From positions 39,782,788-39,846,787 of the forward strand of contig CM120640.1 of assembly GCA_051362555.1 (NCBI GenBank): a stretch of DNA of 64,000 bases, written 5' to 3'. Below, piece after piece: positions 14,901 to 29,011 of this stretch. Every line of letters begins with the position of its first letter. Position 1 is the stretch's first letter. Position numbers and translations under genes: made by a program. Origin of the DNA: Lingula anatina. Taxonomy: Eukaryota; Animalia; Brachiopoda. The notes under the pieces are model-generated. The model was not told where the DNA came from and searched no databases. It worked only from the letters and a program-made list of their open reading frames with translations.

Positions 14901-17900
14901 ACTGACAACCAGCAACTGTTTTTGTTTCATAATAAAAAAAAGCCCACTGTCACAAAAAAGTCCATAAAATGAATATATGTTTTTATTTCCTCGACCATTT
15001 ACAGAGTTCGCGTTCCTCATTAATTAAAACATTCAATTGTACGTCGACTGCTGCACGCGGTAGCACGTGCTGATACTACTAGTACCAATCTACCTACTCG
15101 TATTCAAGCACGTTGTGTGTACTCTAATAATAAAGGCTTTCTGCCCCTGATAAAGCGTATCTCATTAGTGCTGACTTTGAAGATTATTCTATCGATTAAA
15201 ACGTAGTGCAGTTTATCTAAAATATTAGTAGTCCTAATTAAAAGGTATTATTATATTCCGGCAACGTTGCTTCCTTTCTCCGGTGTGCTGTGCTGTACCA
15301 CGCAACATTGCTTCTTTTTGTACTGCAAACCAACAAGCATATTTCAGATTTAGACCATATAAAAGAATATGGCAATTCTAAAAAAGAGCAATACCAGGAC
15401 CAAATTATACCGACTTAAACTCTATCACTCAACAACAGTCTCTTTTTTCTCTTCTTCAAAAATAAAATTTAGCACATCCAAGAGGGAATCGGGTATCTCT
15501 TTATGATAGCTGGTTGCAATACATACGGCAATTTAACAATGTAAAGGAGACAAGCATTCGACTGCAAGGAGTGTTGGTGCACTTTCATTAATTCGCAAAG
15601 CTCTAGCGATATAATCTTAATCAGAACTATTCACAATAGGGGTTAGTGCGTTGTCATAGGAACATGTAATCGCTACTCTTTTATTATGCAATACATCCTG
15701 TGTCCATCTTTCCTAAGTTGTTCAACAGATTGTTGGAAGGAAATCAAGTAAAGCAATGCATGTCCGTCAGAGCTTTTGGTTATAACTTTTCAGTTAAAAC
15801 TTCGTCATTTTTTAAAATCTTTTTGTCATTGGTTTTGGTTCACAGTACAGATTTACTTATAACACATAGACTTTCGACCTCGAGTTGCACTACACAATTA
15901 CATTAACTAAACACATTCATTCTGGCCATCAAGTAATTCCTTCCATCAGAGACCAGTTGCTTATTTTATTCATAGCAGTATGTGCTAGTTCGCCAACGAT
16001 CAACTTGTTCTTGGGGACACGCTGTTTCTTTCTGCCAAATTGAAATATGTTATTACAGAATCAGCTTTCTTATGTTATAAAAGAGATTCCACCTTCTTCA
16101 AGACTAGGAAACGTACAGCTTTGTATCAAGTAACTAGGTATTACTCATTATTAGCTTAGGCTTGCTATCAAAACATATTGAAGCCCGTATTCCTTAGGTT
16201 TGATTAGATGATTATTTAATATCGCTAAGGTTGGTTTGTTAAATATGAATGTTTACCACACTGGCCGTTTTTCCGTATATTTCTAACTTCTAAATAGAAT
16301 AATCGGTGTCAGCCAGAAGTGGAGAGGTTGGCTTTGTAAAAGTATGGGATTGGTACCATTTGCCTTATTCACACACTGATAAAAGCTCGTTTCGTTTTTA
16401 ACCCTTATAATTTAAGTGACATCTATAAGAATGAATAAATAATTAGATTCTTTCATATTAGTTAGGTCAACACATGTAGGCTTACTGTAGGCCAAGATAG
16501 GCTTAAGTCAAAACTATTGCATGCCATTTCTTACAAAACATTTGGAAAAAGATAGCCATGTTAAGTTTGAGAGCAGCACAAAGTTGTAGATTCTATGTGA
16601 CGTTGACATGTGACGTTGTCGTGCAATAATACGTTCGGGCTCAAATTGTGAAAAAGAGAGAAAGGAATGTTTTTGAGTACAAGTGTAAGACTTGACCAAA
16701 AAGCGCCGTTGGGGAGGGTCTCCAAAACTGTAGTTCCAACCGCAATGTGCAACTGTTGGTGCTTTTTCATATTTTCTTGGCCGTTACGGCTTTCCTATGG
16801 TGACCTATAGGTATAACTACACTTTTACGTCAGCAATCACGACGGTTTTCAATTCTTACAGTACGTATGTATGTATGTTCAGGATAACCAAAGGATAGTC
16901 GCCATCAACGACTCCAGAACAAATCCACCAATCAATACAGAGAAATGACACGCCTTGATTCGTCAGTCCGCAAGCTGTATTAACTGAATCTACCTGACAA
17001 CAGGCACCCCTACCCCGACATCACCAGCATTCAAATAATTTGTTGCCACGTTAAATATTATGACGTGGGTTGTGAATTATTTACAATTTTGCGGCTGAAC
17101 TACCAACAATTGTCTCTATAAGCTTGCAGCACAGACAACTTACCAATACATTATAGATTTGAGTTTTGTAAAAATTTTGCACAAAACCCGTGTCGATGTG
17201 AACATGAGATGGAAATTTACCTTAATACTTGTCAGGGTTCATGATAACAAACTTTTCTGTTTGATGTATTTTCAGCTTGATTTATATATTCATTTATTTA
17301 TTTTTCATCTTATCAACGGGTGAGACACATGCTCATAATGTTGTCGAGAGGTTTGAACAAACACGCAAATGCAACCAGTATTCCATCATCATATTCACTA
17401 ATGCAGTTATAATATATGTAGACTAACATAACTAAGGATAAACAGTTGACCAGCAACATACATGTAACAACAACATTTAAATATCTTGTTATATGCTTCG
17501 TGCTGTGTACATGTTGTCCATCCAGGTATCAATATTTATCCGTAAATCAATATAAGCTCTTGGTACGTGAAATCCGGCGTTAAGCAAGAAAAAGAGCTCT
17601 TGAGAATACTGTTAAAACCCGCTGTACATGTCTGAAAAGACTCTTGATGATGAAGCGATGAAGTCATATAAATTGAGTATAAATGCATACCTTCAAATGT
17701 AATTCAGGTGATGTAAATTGGTTCATTGTACAGAGAGTTAAAGCAAAGGGGCTTAAAGTTAAACAGAAAAACAGTAAATTTGGTGAAGTCTCAATGTATC
17801 TTTTGAAAGGAATTTAGTAAATCATGGGTAAAAAACAAAAGTCTCAGAAAGGCAAAGACAGTGAATGTTATAATTAGAGCTTTAATAGAGTATTAAATAA

Positions 17901-20169
17901 TATATTAGATATGCCGGTATATTGAAAACAAAGTATATAAAAATAAAATTTGCGTGGTAACTTTAATTACGCTTATAAAATATGACGTAGAACTTGGATG
18001 AATAAGGTTGCATTTTGGTCCATTATTTTATATGTGTAATTTACGACGCAGATAAATGTCTTTGCCTAAAGATATTTATAACGCTGTTGATTTTCAAAGG
18101 AACATGAAAATTAACTTGTTGCCGTGCGTTGCTTGAAAACTCAATTTAAGTAATGTTGGTAGTGATTGCTTAAATTGCAAAAATGGAAGTCACTCTTAAA
18201 CAATAGTCCAAATGAGGATAAAAATGTTTTTCTACAACATGGTTTTGCAGCCTGTTTTTTTTTCTTTTTTTTGTCTTAGATAATGCTCTATACATGTATG
18301 TGGTAAAATAACCCGATCATTTTGTGATCATAGCCCTTGTATCCAATCCATCAAGACTAGACTATTATTCTAAACGCCAAGTACTAGTTTTAACGCCAAA
18401 ATAAAATAGGCAGCCAAGACACGAAAACGCTCTTCGTGCGAATATTTCTCGATGTTGTTATCAGTCGCTGAGTCAAGAGGTGTCATATCATTAAGCTTAT
18501 ATTCTCTCATTTTCTGTGCAGAAAGCAATCTCCACATTATTTACAAACGACGGTTTCATTGTCTGATAATAGAAGTAATATGTAACCAGCGAGATAATAT
18601 TCTTCAGCAAGAAGGAAAAGCAGACAATAAAACATCATATAATTCTTATGACAAAGTAACAGAAAAGGGATAGTGGTCAATATTCCTTAGAATACAACCA
18701 TTATGTAACCGGAATAAGTCCACTGTCTCTAGCTTCATATACATATAGACTTTTCCTGTTTAGTCTGTTCGTGCGCATAGCAAGTGCATGTTTCGAATCC
18801 CAATCATCAATCACATGAAAACCGCGAGAAGAAAAAATAAATTCTTTTTTTAAAGCTGATGTAGTGCCATAGGGAGGAAAGACAGTATTATAACAAGTGT
18901 CACATTCGCCAGCTAAGCTTTACGACGTCGTGTACTAGTAAGCTGTTCAAATGAGGTTCAAGTAAGAAACGAAATCACTTTCTGACCGTAGTGCATTCTC
19001 CTTTCATAAGATTTACAAAAAATGACTTAGTGAAAATAGATGTTAAAAATACTAATCATATCAAAGCACAGAAGTATTTAATAGGCCATATAACTTATCC
19101 CAATGTCTGATCAGAATTAAGTATCAAACTTTAAAAAAGGGACGCAGCAATCACATTATCTGCGATGATGACACATGACTTTTTTCTATTAAGAAGTGTT
19201 CTTTCATCGGATTGACATTAATTATCGCACAATAAAGATTTCGCTTTTATCCGCCGTAGACAAAATTGCTCAATCACATTGTGTGGTTGTAAAGGCATAT
19301 TTATTGCTATATTTGTATGTATTTACTTTGTGTTTACCAAACATAAACTCTATGTGCAGTAAAAACGGCTAATCATTTACTTGATGAGTGTCGCTCGAAA
19401 CGCGTGGAGATTTATACCAGATAATGACTTGTCAGCAGTATAATTTTCGTATAGCTTTTGACTCATTACTAACCCTTCCTATACCTGAGTATATATTTTT
19501 ATGAGGGATAGGAAATAAGCAAAAATAAAAGAATTTTCAAGAGATTAAAATTAAGATTGCTGATAAGCAAATATAGGTTGAGACGTTGGACCTCACTCCT
19601 ACTCCACCGAAGCTGGACAAATTCTGACGACTACGTAATAGGCCTACTTACGTAGATTATAATTTGCGTTCTTTTTGTTTCTCTTAATCGTTTAGATATT
19701 TTTTATTTACCCCTACAATAATAAAATGATACTTTCATGTTTCGTTGCATTTGTTTGATTCAGCCTGGTGATGATGATGATGGCGGCGTTTTTCTTCGAA
19801 ATGTAAAAAGTGATTAAACAGAATCCGTAAAATAACGTTGAATATTTCATTAAGCTACGAACAAAATCACATATACAACTACATGCAGTCGCATCACCTC
19901 TTACTTACTACGATGGGTTTTCACACACAGCCACTGCATACACATGTACGCACAAACCCACACACGCACAGATTACATATTGATGATGCGTATTGGTAAC
20001 AACGATTCCTTACCTGTCCCAAGTTCTCGTAGCCCAGATCCCTAGCCACCTTGTCGGCGTTCTCCGGTCCTCCTAGTACTTTCACTGCAAACTCATTGCT
20101 ATACTGACCATCTCCAGACGCTTGGAAAACACAAAGAGCGGAGAGGAAAAGAAAACCAGAATAAAACAT
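2958..20169 (-). CDS. PCSK1: Prohormone convertase 1/3-like (neuroendocrine convertase 1, subtilisin/kexin family), 15 coding exons, ~684 aa
   Basis: Phase-consistent GT-AG exons: 20169-20014, 12137-12033, 11813-11682, 11119-10999, 10233-10196, 9930-9854, 9370-9282, 6944-6772, 6461-6249, 5837-5737, 5265-5032, 4602-4445, 4083-3950, 3421-3290, 3149-2958. Signal peptide [15 protein letters not shown]; prodomain with RSRRS and RVKR sites; catalytic D (DDG), H ([11 protein letters not shown]), S (HTGTSASAP); oxyanion Asn (ASGNGG, so not PC2); P domain ([15 protein letters not shown]). No Cys-rich or TM region, so not furin/PC5. Confidence 0.92.
3700..3885. repeat. Degenerate ~34-bp minisatellite in a PCSK1 intron
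   Basis: Recurring AGATTGGT / AGTGTGTTAGGTG(A/T)GA motifs. Confidence 0.5.
6985..7208. mobile_element. PIF/Harbinger-like MITE in a PCSK1 intron
   Basis: Long inverted arms (CCGTTCACATG..AAAATCTATTTTCT / AGAAAATAGATTTT..CATGTGAACGG), TTA on both sides; same family as 53053-53309. Confidence 0.85.
10841..10920. repeat. Compound trinucleotide microsatellite (ATT)n(GTT)n(GTC)n(GCT)n
   Basis: Directly visible; intronic in PCSK1. Confidence 0.9.
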
Positions 20170-23100
20170 AATATTCTAATAGAAATAATAAACAGATAGG
20201 TTCCTGCGAATTAGTGAGGTCAAGACGGACTCTCCTTCCTTCCTTCAATCGCTGCCTTTGTTGTAGTTCTTTTTTTTTCAACCGTGATGATTTTCCGGTT
20301 TTCCCTGACAGCTCGTGTCTTCGTAGAGTTCTCCAACCCAAAGGGGTTTATCGTTCGAGTCGTGTTAAGTTAAATACATGATTATGCATTGAACGGCTTA
20401 TCGCAATGAGAATCAAGAAACGTTAAACAGCTGTTCTTTAGCTCTATACCATCACAGACTTGGATATGAAGTATATACCAAATCGGATGCGGGTAGGTTA
20501 CCCATCATTCAACTGAGCGTGTGCATGATGGTCTGCTACCACGCATTTCAGGACGTCATCACAACAATCACTCGCCGTTTATCACAGAATGTTCGATCAA
20601 GCCAACCTTCGTTTAGTGGACAAGAGGCGCACGGTTTTCCAGTGCATGAGTTATGAAGCGGCAACCCTAAGACTAGAAACGATTTTGGTTGATTACGGAG
20701 ACAATTACAGTAATATCCTTAAAATGTAAGGATCATGAAGGATTAATGAGACAAATTCTAGGTCATCGATGTGTCGCAGTTACAACTGAGATAATAGGAT
20801 CAGGTCAGCAGCAAAATGAACAGAAATTATTTCCTTTATTTTTATAAACAGTCCCGAGCTATTAGTTTTCTCTCATTAAGATAATTGATAACGCAACTTA
20901 GGAATATCCCACCAAGTTTCACTTACACTTCCTGGCCGATATTTTTTATGGTTATTTCATATGATATATTAAAGGTATGAACGCGGCGAATTAAGATTTG
21001 AACGAATAATTTGTTTAATTCGTCCAATTAAGAATGCATTTGAAAGCTTAACAGGTGTTCCACATTCTATATTTAAATAAACATTTTCAAACAGTCTTCA
21101 AAATTTGTCATCTACCCATCGCAAGTTAACTTCAATCAGACATACGCAGCATAATTGGAGGACGATTTTGACGTCAGGTCTTATAACATGATTAAATATC
21201 AAGCCGGAAGGAGCGTTTCTCCTACGTCTCCGATTGTTCTCATCCTAGTGGCGAGGCCGTCACACGTTAACGGTAGCTTCATTATAACCCGACATAATCA
21301 AACCCGAAGTGAAGTCAGAGTAATGAAGAATCAGATTTCTTAATGGCACTGCAAACAATCGGCAGAGGATAATTGAGGCAGCTGTCGCGCGTAAATATTG
21401 AAGGAAAACTTTTATCGATTCACCTGTGGATTCACGTTAGTAAAAAATACGGGATTGGAAGGCATAACAGCGCGTTTTGGTTCGTCGCGAGTTCGTCAAA
21501 ATTCACGATCGAAACGTTTGATGCCCATATTCCTGCCTGTAGTATCCACAGCCCAGTCAAGACCACGCTCTTTATCTAGCAGTCACAAAGTGCACTTAAA
21601 TGCGCACTCAGTTTGCTGTATTATCAATCTCAGTTAATCATCAGTTCAATTTCCCGGTTGCAAGCTGTATATACAAGCTTCTATTGAACACTTTAATAAC
21701 TCTGCAAATACCTCCGATTTCATTTCAGAAATATCACCACAGATTACTTACGAGCGGGTTTTGAGGTGCACTCTTATTAGTTACAACTTCCACGGTTGTG
21801 GCAGGCTAATCTATGTTTTTTATTCGTTTTGAAAAATTGACAAAAATAAACCTACCATAGAACAGAAGAAATAATTCATAAATGCATCTGACGTACTGAT
21901 AAAAAATTAGCTTTCTTTTCTCGAGAAACAAGAAAGTGAACATAATGGGTAAAATCGCACCGTGGCTTGATGGAGGGCCCTCTACGTCATGGAACGCTTG
22001 GCCCATCTCTTGCTCGACGGAAGACGACCACGCGAGCCAGCTGCGCTTCTCTCACGGACACTTAACTGGGACACGACTTGAACGCTTACATTGATTTTTA
22101 CTTCCCTATGATAACTGACTCCGTTTAATTCATTCATTTAACGATATCTTGACAGTTTATGAACAACACAACTCGGTTGAGCAGTTGTAAAATCTGTTCA
22201 GTACGTTTGAACAAATGTATAAAACTGTAGCTAGCGTGAGGCAGCCGATTCTGTATTTCTCTAACTCTTATTTACTGATGAACGCGGTGGGGGAGGTGTA
22301 AGTAATATTTAATGTCAAAGTATTAAAGAATTCATTTCCTGTGACTATTTTACGGAGTCTCTGCTTGGTTGTGGTTTTCTTTTCAATTCTTAAACAGATA
22401 AAAACTCTTCATATGAGATTCAAATTCTACAATATATACATTGTAAACATCACACCGAAATATAATAAATTCCATTTCACCACCAAAACGGCAGTTATCG
22501 CAATAAATCTGAAAGATAGCTACCCTCAGCAATAATCTTTTAAGAGATTATTACAAAAACCACACTAAAAAATCGACTAACTTTGAATGTCGGTACCTTT
22601 GTTACGTATTGGAACATTACCGTTTATTAATCCGCTTTTCGGCACTTTTCCCACCAAAATGACTTGTTGTCATCCTTTTTTTGTGTGTGTGTATTCTATG
22701 TGGTACATGTATCGCACGGTATTGCATGTGTACATTTTTTCGTCAATGTGGCAATGTGGCTTAAAAGAAAAGAGAATCACTTTTTTCAATTACTGCAGGT
22801 TGCAAAACAGACAAAATGGTCAAGTATTGGGTACCAAAGTTAATAGGGATCATAATTCTCAAATCAAATATTTCATAGAATACTTCAGTCGCCTTATAAA
22901 TGTACATCACATTGGATTCCTTGAGATGTTAACCCGATTATTAATACTGGTGATTGCTTCTATTTCCACACATCTAAACCTGTTTAATCAACACGTACCC
23001 AACCGTCAAAGTTGTTTGCGTTGTCATTTGTTAGCATCAGACTCACCCTCAATAACAACAGAACAACAGAGAATTGCTGATAGTCACAAATAGAACAATG

Positions 23101-23614
23101 TTACAGAGGTCTTTATTCCTCCTTGGTGTAAATACAATCAATACCACGTAACTACATGTATTTATATAAGTATATGGTTGACCCCAAAGAAATCTTGAGG
23201 GAAAATTTTTTTCTGTGGTAATAGATGAAATTGTCTGCCTCGAATCTTTACACAACTGTATTTTCCAGTCCCTTCATATTGGAGTTATGCGAAACATATT
23301 GTATTTAAAAAATGCAGGGCAATAAAATGTTTAAAAGTATAGGGCTTTTAGATTTGCTTTTTTGTCTGTAAGGTGACTTGGAAACAGATAAATTGTAAGT
23401 TTAAGTAAAGAGCAGAGCAGTTGGCATTCCAGTAAAATACTTGACAGTGTGTTAGAATATACTTTATCGGAAGATCACATCCAATAGCTTTGGGAATTAT
23501 CCATTGTGTTAGTTGCACTTTTACATGAAAAAAAAAATTGATCGATGATGTCACAATGTCCTGCATTCATTAAATCCATCCTATTATGTACAATATTTAC
23601 CAGCATACAGTACA

Positions 23615-26600
23615 TCAACTACTAGAAACCTGCATTGCTATGGTAACCAAATTCATTACTTTTTTATCATCTGTAACTTTGTGACTGAATTCATCGGGTG
23701 ATAAGCTTGCTCCCATAGCAACAGAAGAGTTTTTATACAACATGGATGACTGACACAAGCTTCTGGCAGAAGCATGGAACTCTTTAGCACCACATCCTTC
23801 TAAAATCCTCTTCACATTTCTCTCATTTATTCCACCAGCTGGCATGACTGTTATTCTACCTCTGCTCTTTAAAATTTGAAAAACAAAAAAATTAAAACCA
23901 ACGACTTTCAAACAGACAAGACAATGTCCATTTATATTGGTCCTTCAGAGATAACACTACTGCAAGTTAATTTTGAATTAAAAACTTTTCATATCCAGAT
24001 AGCAAATCATAAATAAATGCACATATAAAAATTAAAAAATGAAATTAAAAATCACTAAATTCAAACCATTTAGCACATTCTGAGAGCAAGCAAAAATTTG
24101 CTGAATCTGTTCAAATATACCACATGATTTTTTGTTTATATCTTACAAGCAGATTCTCTAAAAAAGGTTTTTTCTGTTAGAAGTAGAGAGCCCTACTGAG
24201 TTGACTGTAACTACTTTACTCAGTTCTCTCTCAATGAAAACGTAGAGTTACTAAGTCACTGTCAAAACTTTTGATAATGTCACAGGACAGAAATATTTTG
24301 ACCTATATATTATATTACCTTTTTACAACAACTACTACAAATATCCAACAAATACCTGTTGAATCATCTGTTTGATAGTGGGCAGTCCTTCCAGTGCTGA
24401 GGAATCTTGACCACTGGTCAGTACCCTGTGACAGCCCAGACTGATGATGTCTTCCAGAGCCTGGCGCCAGTCACAACACATGTCAATGGCTGAAATAGAT
24501 ATATGCTTACTATTATGAACCTTATGATACAGATTGCTGGTGTGAAGGCCAGATTCGGTTTCCTTTATAATTTTTTAAATTATCCATAACTGACCTCTTA
24601 AATTAATTGTGTTAATCTTTTTCATTTAAACTAAGGGTTTTTTTTTAATACAAACCTTTATCCTTTACAGTCTCGATAAAAAAACTCGATAAAAAAACAC
24701 CTCACTGCTGGGTCGCTTTCAACAACAACACTAAACTTGAACAGAAATCATGAAAAAATTCTTAACAGAGCGAGGGTCGGTTGTTTATTTAGAGCAGAAT
24801 TGTTTAGGCATAACTGGACTACTATTGATACACCACACTGCACCTGTGGTGCCCTTGAAACCCCTCTTCACTTTTTCTTCAGATGCCCTTTACTCAATTC
24901 AAAGTACCCTCCCCTTTACCAAAAAATAAATGAAACTCTACATGCAAGCAAGACCTCTTTCAAAACACAAAAAGAAAAGCTGTCGTTATTTCTCTACGGT
25001 CATAAATCCTTATCACCCACCCAAAATGAAATTATCTTCGACACTGTTGCAAATTTTCTTCTCGTAAACTTTGTTATCACTTAATAGGTATTATCTCTTT
25101 TCCTCTTCTTTCTTTCTGTACTTAACTTGTGCTCCTGATATATATGAAGTTTTACATTTACTCTGTTGTATATATGTATATACCTATCCATTTGTTTTAT
25201 TTATTTATTTACTTATTTAATTTAATTTTGTGGAGAGCATATAATGCTTCCAGCGCCTTGCCTCCACTTCATTCTTTTGAATAAACGTTGTTTAAAAAAA
25301 AAAATCCTTTACAGTCCAACAGCTCTACTGCTGACAATGTTCACATTATCTCACATGCCAATTGCACACCTAATATAATACATCTGATTTGACACTTTTC
25401 ATCCAAAACTTGCTGACACCAAGGCAGTTACCTAAGTACACCTAACACATTTACAGTTTTTATACTTCTGTGTTACTGCTATGTCTGACTTATTTCAAAC
25501 CTACCTCTATGGAATGTTATTGGCAACTGACCAGCTAAATCTGAAATCATAACAACAGTTTTTAAAATATCTCACTTAGATGTACAATAACTTGTACATA
25601 AACCTAATGATATTTATGTACTTCTATATGTATCTATCAGAATAATGGTGCTGGTGTAGCTACTAGTAGTGTTTTCACATATTAACTGATTTACAATGTT
25701 TGAAAATTAGTCAACACTTTTAATACTAGTATATTAGATCTCCAAACTAAAAGCCCACATACCAATATTTTAGATTTTACTTTTTACAAAAAATAACCAG
25801 TCTGTTCCACATACCAGGTATCTTTAAATGGTTAACTTTGTTTTGGCTAAGCAAGCAATTAGGGGTGGCAAAGTAACTTGCATGACTAGAGGGCAAGGAG
25901 GCAATTTGTTTATATATAAAAAAACAGCCTATTTCTCATATGCTTTTTTAAATCTGTGCTAACAAAGCTTACCAATTAGTTTTTTACATGCTTCTTTGTC
26001 AACTGAACCACCACTGCAAAGAAACAACACAGATTAATGTTTTACCACATCATACAGTCATATGAAAGAACACTACTTTTAGTTTGGCACATTTGGCCAT
26101 CTTGTCTTTTTTCTTAAATTATTGACATATGCATTATCTGACACCATTATATACCAGTAAGCACTGTTAAAATAAAATACATAAATTCATATACAAATTT
26201 ATAAAAACTAAAAAACACTGAAAACAAAAGTCCTAATGCTATAAAAACTTATCAATATGAGTTTTATATAATGTAGAGTACTTTAAGGATTTAAAACCAC
26301 CTTGTAAGAGCTCCAATCACAAATCCATCAGCTCCATGTTCTTTCAGAACATTCAAATCCCAAATCATCACTTTCATTTCTTCTTCTGTATACAAAAAAT
26401 CTCCTCCTCTTGGTCGTAACATACAAAACACTGGAATCTTTACATGCTCCTTTATCACCTTCAACATTCCTTCAAAATATGAAATAAATACTTTGTCATT
26501 AATTATTTCAAATAAATTAAGAGTGACACAAAAACAAAAGAAGAAATCAAAAAGGGGTTAATGAAGATACATGTAATTTTATGAATGGATTAGTATGATT

Positions 26601-28845
26601 TGATGATTGAGGGGAAGAAGGTGTTGAAATTTTAATAAAAATGAAACTTTTGTTATGTTGAAGTCTAACACTCATTGTGTGCCTTGAAAGGTATCATATG
26701 TAGTAGCTTGCTCAACTTCATCCATTTTCAAATCATATTAAAGCCTGACGATCATCAAAGTTGTTAATTGTAAAATACTCATATGTATGTACATTTTTTT
26801 AAAGTCAATACATCTTGTACTGTATACAGTTTGTGGTGTAAGTACATGTATCTCGGTACTGTAAATGTTACCAGTAAACTCGTTAGCGTATGAGAGTGCG
26901 TAATTACGCGTTGTTTTGCTGTTTTTACGCATTGGCTGGAGCCCCATCGCGTACGAATACGCACACCTTTGGCTTTGAAGATCGGCAAAGTTGACCAGTC
27001 CGTTGACTGTTGACGGTCAGACTCATGTTGAAAATGTCATAATTGATTCCCAAGTGTCTCATTTTTTTCTTAAGATATTTGAATTACCCGACTAAAACAT
27101 GCTTCTTCTTTCACTGACCCGCAGAGGATGACGTAATCTTCTCTGATTGGTCATAATATGCAAGTTTTAGGTCAAAGCACGTGTGCCTCTCTTTAGTATA
27201 AACAAGGTATGAACAACGATGAAATGATCGTTTTTTCGTTCACATAATTGTTCAACATTTTAATTGAGCAACCATACGTTTAGGACCAATTTAAATCACT
27301 CGCCCAGACCAAATACTTTAGGCCAGTAACCCTTGTGACTTTTGTAGTTTTAGTCGTCAGAATAAAATTTTAGTGGCATTTGACAAGCGGGCGACCGGGA
27401 ATTTCCAGCTCTGCTGATTACCAGTGATGACAAAATGACGAGAAAAAGGAAAAGCAAAGGAAAAAAAAAACAACAGTCAATTAAAAGGTTTTGTCATGCA
27501 AGGTAGGCGAAGTTATTTACTATAGATTTCAGAGTCCGACATACCTACTTGCGATGGTTGCGTTTCGCAACTAGTTTTATCAGCCGGGCAACTAAAATTT
27601 AGCTGGTAGTTGCCCGGAAGCGCAAGTGACTTTCGGCTGTTCACTTGCCCGGAAAATTTGAAGTGTAAAATTTATTATCACAGACAAAATAGATCGTTTA
27701 TTATTGGCAGTCATTTGCCGGTTGGAAACAAAGTGGTTTGCAACAACCGGCTAGCTCCAGATTTGGCCAGCTTAGAAAACAGTTGAACTTGAAGTGCTGC
27801 GCTAACAAACATAAATAAAAATTATCTTTCAACAAACTGTGAAATAATATTTCTAGTAATTATTTACAAATTAAAAGCAAAGGTTTAATTTTTATAAACA
27901 ATTTAGTAAAACTTAAAAACGACGGGTGCCTAATGTTCCCGACTTGACCTACTTTTTGTCGGCATCAATTTTAGGGAGAAACACTAGGAAGAGTAAGAAG
28001 TATGAACATTTTGATTGATTAAAATGGCTAAATATGTAAATTTTGTGTCCCTTCTCAAATAGTATACTAAAAAATGCTTGTTTGACAGAGACGGATACTG
28101 GGTGACTACTTGTCAGTGTCCAGACATTTTGGCGCTGTTCTCTATCTCTCCCTCTCCCAACTATTACAGAGCGCTTGTTTGACCTAGTTTTTTTTTAAAG
28201 ACTTTACTAAGGAAGCAGTTAGGCCAGGAGCATTTTTAAATCTCAGTCAAGAATAGATTGTAAATTTTTGGCTATGAAGTGCAGTCGTACTTGTTGTATT
28301 TTGATTGTTTCTGTGGTAATTTAAAAGCAATGTAAAATCTCTAATAAATTACATGTTATATTTTCACCCCCCCCCCCCTGATTTTTGGAGAAAAAGCCAA
28401 AGAAACAACACTATAAGGTGACATAGTAATTACACGTTGATGAGCATTTTTTAATTTTACCCCTTCATTTTGAAAATTACCCCTTCTTTCTTTGGGCAAG
28501 GGGTACGGTACTCCCTTAGAAAAATCCTACCGAGTGCACTGTGTTACTGTTGCAAAACTATTATCTTTCTATCTTTTCTTGCAAAATGATAACAAATATG
28601 ATGCTTTCCATACCTAGGCTAGGTGTTGTACCTCCTTCCATAAGATTTGCACACAGTTCAACCCTAGAGGCACCTGAAAAGAGTGAAATGGCATGCAATG
28701 GCCGTGTACAATGTAAATTCGTAAAATAAATTTCCTCCTATATGCTTGCTTTATCAGCTTGATTGTTAAAACCTTTCCCCTTATCAAACTTACCGCCTAA
28801 TTCCGCTCTATATGCGGACTCCACGGAATCCACACACACTTCCAT
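23615..28845 (-). CDS. CUTC: Copper homeostasis protein CutC homolog, 7 coding exons, ~247 aa
   Basis: Exons 28845-28794, 28673-28614, 26469-26301, 26013-25973, 25540-25505, 24489-24356, 23866-23615 join in frame. Motifs MEVCVDSVESA, RVELCANLMEGGTTPSLG, MLRPRGGDFLY, ITFHRAIDM, RVLTSGQ, EFHASAR are characteristic of CutC. Confidence 0.95.
24673..25303 (+). mobile_element. 5'-truncated non-LTR retrotransposon (LINE 3' end), antisense in CUTC intron 5
   Basis: ORF remnant 24737-25084 with CTCGALETPLHFFFRCP (CxC..ET..H...C motif typical of LINE ORF2 C-termini), AATAAA at 25280-25285, short poly(A), and 13-bp direct repeat ATCCTTTACAGTC at 24660-24672 and 25304-25316. Confidence 0.85.
27290..27660. 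mobile_element. Remnants of DNA-transposon (hAT-like) ends in CUTC intron 2
   Basis: Two back-to-back CAGAG-starting GC-richer termini (minus strand from ~27413, plus strand from ~27530) with repeated GC(G/A)ACTA/AGTTGC subterminal motifs; partner ends and TSDs not identified. Confidence 0.35.
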
Positions 28846-29011
28846 TATTTCAGTCTGATGAATCTGATGTACATACAAGGGAATTCCCAGCCTCGATATG
28901 ACTTAAATACGCAATTACGCTTGCGCATTGTTAACATCGGCAATAAACTTCCTGTTGGAGAACGTGATTATAAAACATGGTCTTAAAATACTTAGTCCTT
29001 GAACACTGAAA
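28846..29011. promoter_or_regulatory. Putative bidirectional promoter shared by CUTC and COX15
   Basis: Only 166 bp between the two divergent ATGs (28845 - and 29012 +). Contains an NRF1-like GCTTGCGCAT (~28919-28928) and an ETS-like ACTTCCTG (~28947-28954); motif assignments are inference. Confidence 0.65.

Noticed and set aside
12138-20013. Nested gene in the 7.9-kb first PCSK1 intron
   Set aside because: Only short ORFs without motifs; no exon chain could be built.
2958-20169. Calling the convertase furin or PC2
   Set aside because: No Cys-rich or TM domain; oxyanion residue is Asn; GEIAM, WGPNDDG and DGYTGSIYT match PC1/3.
22587-23093. 168-aa ORF between PCSK1 and CUTC
   Set aside because: No recognisable motif, low-complexity AT-rich composition, no convincing splice context.
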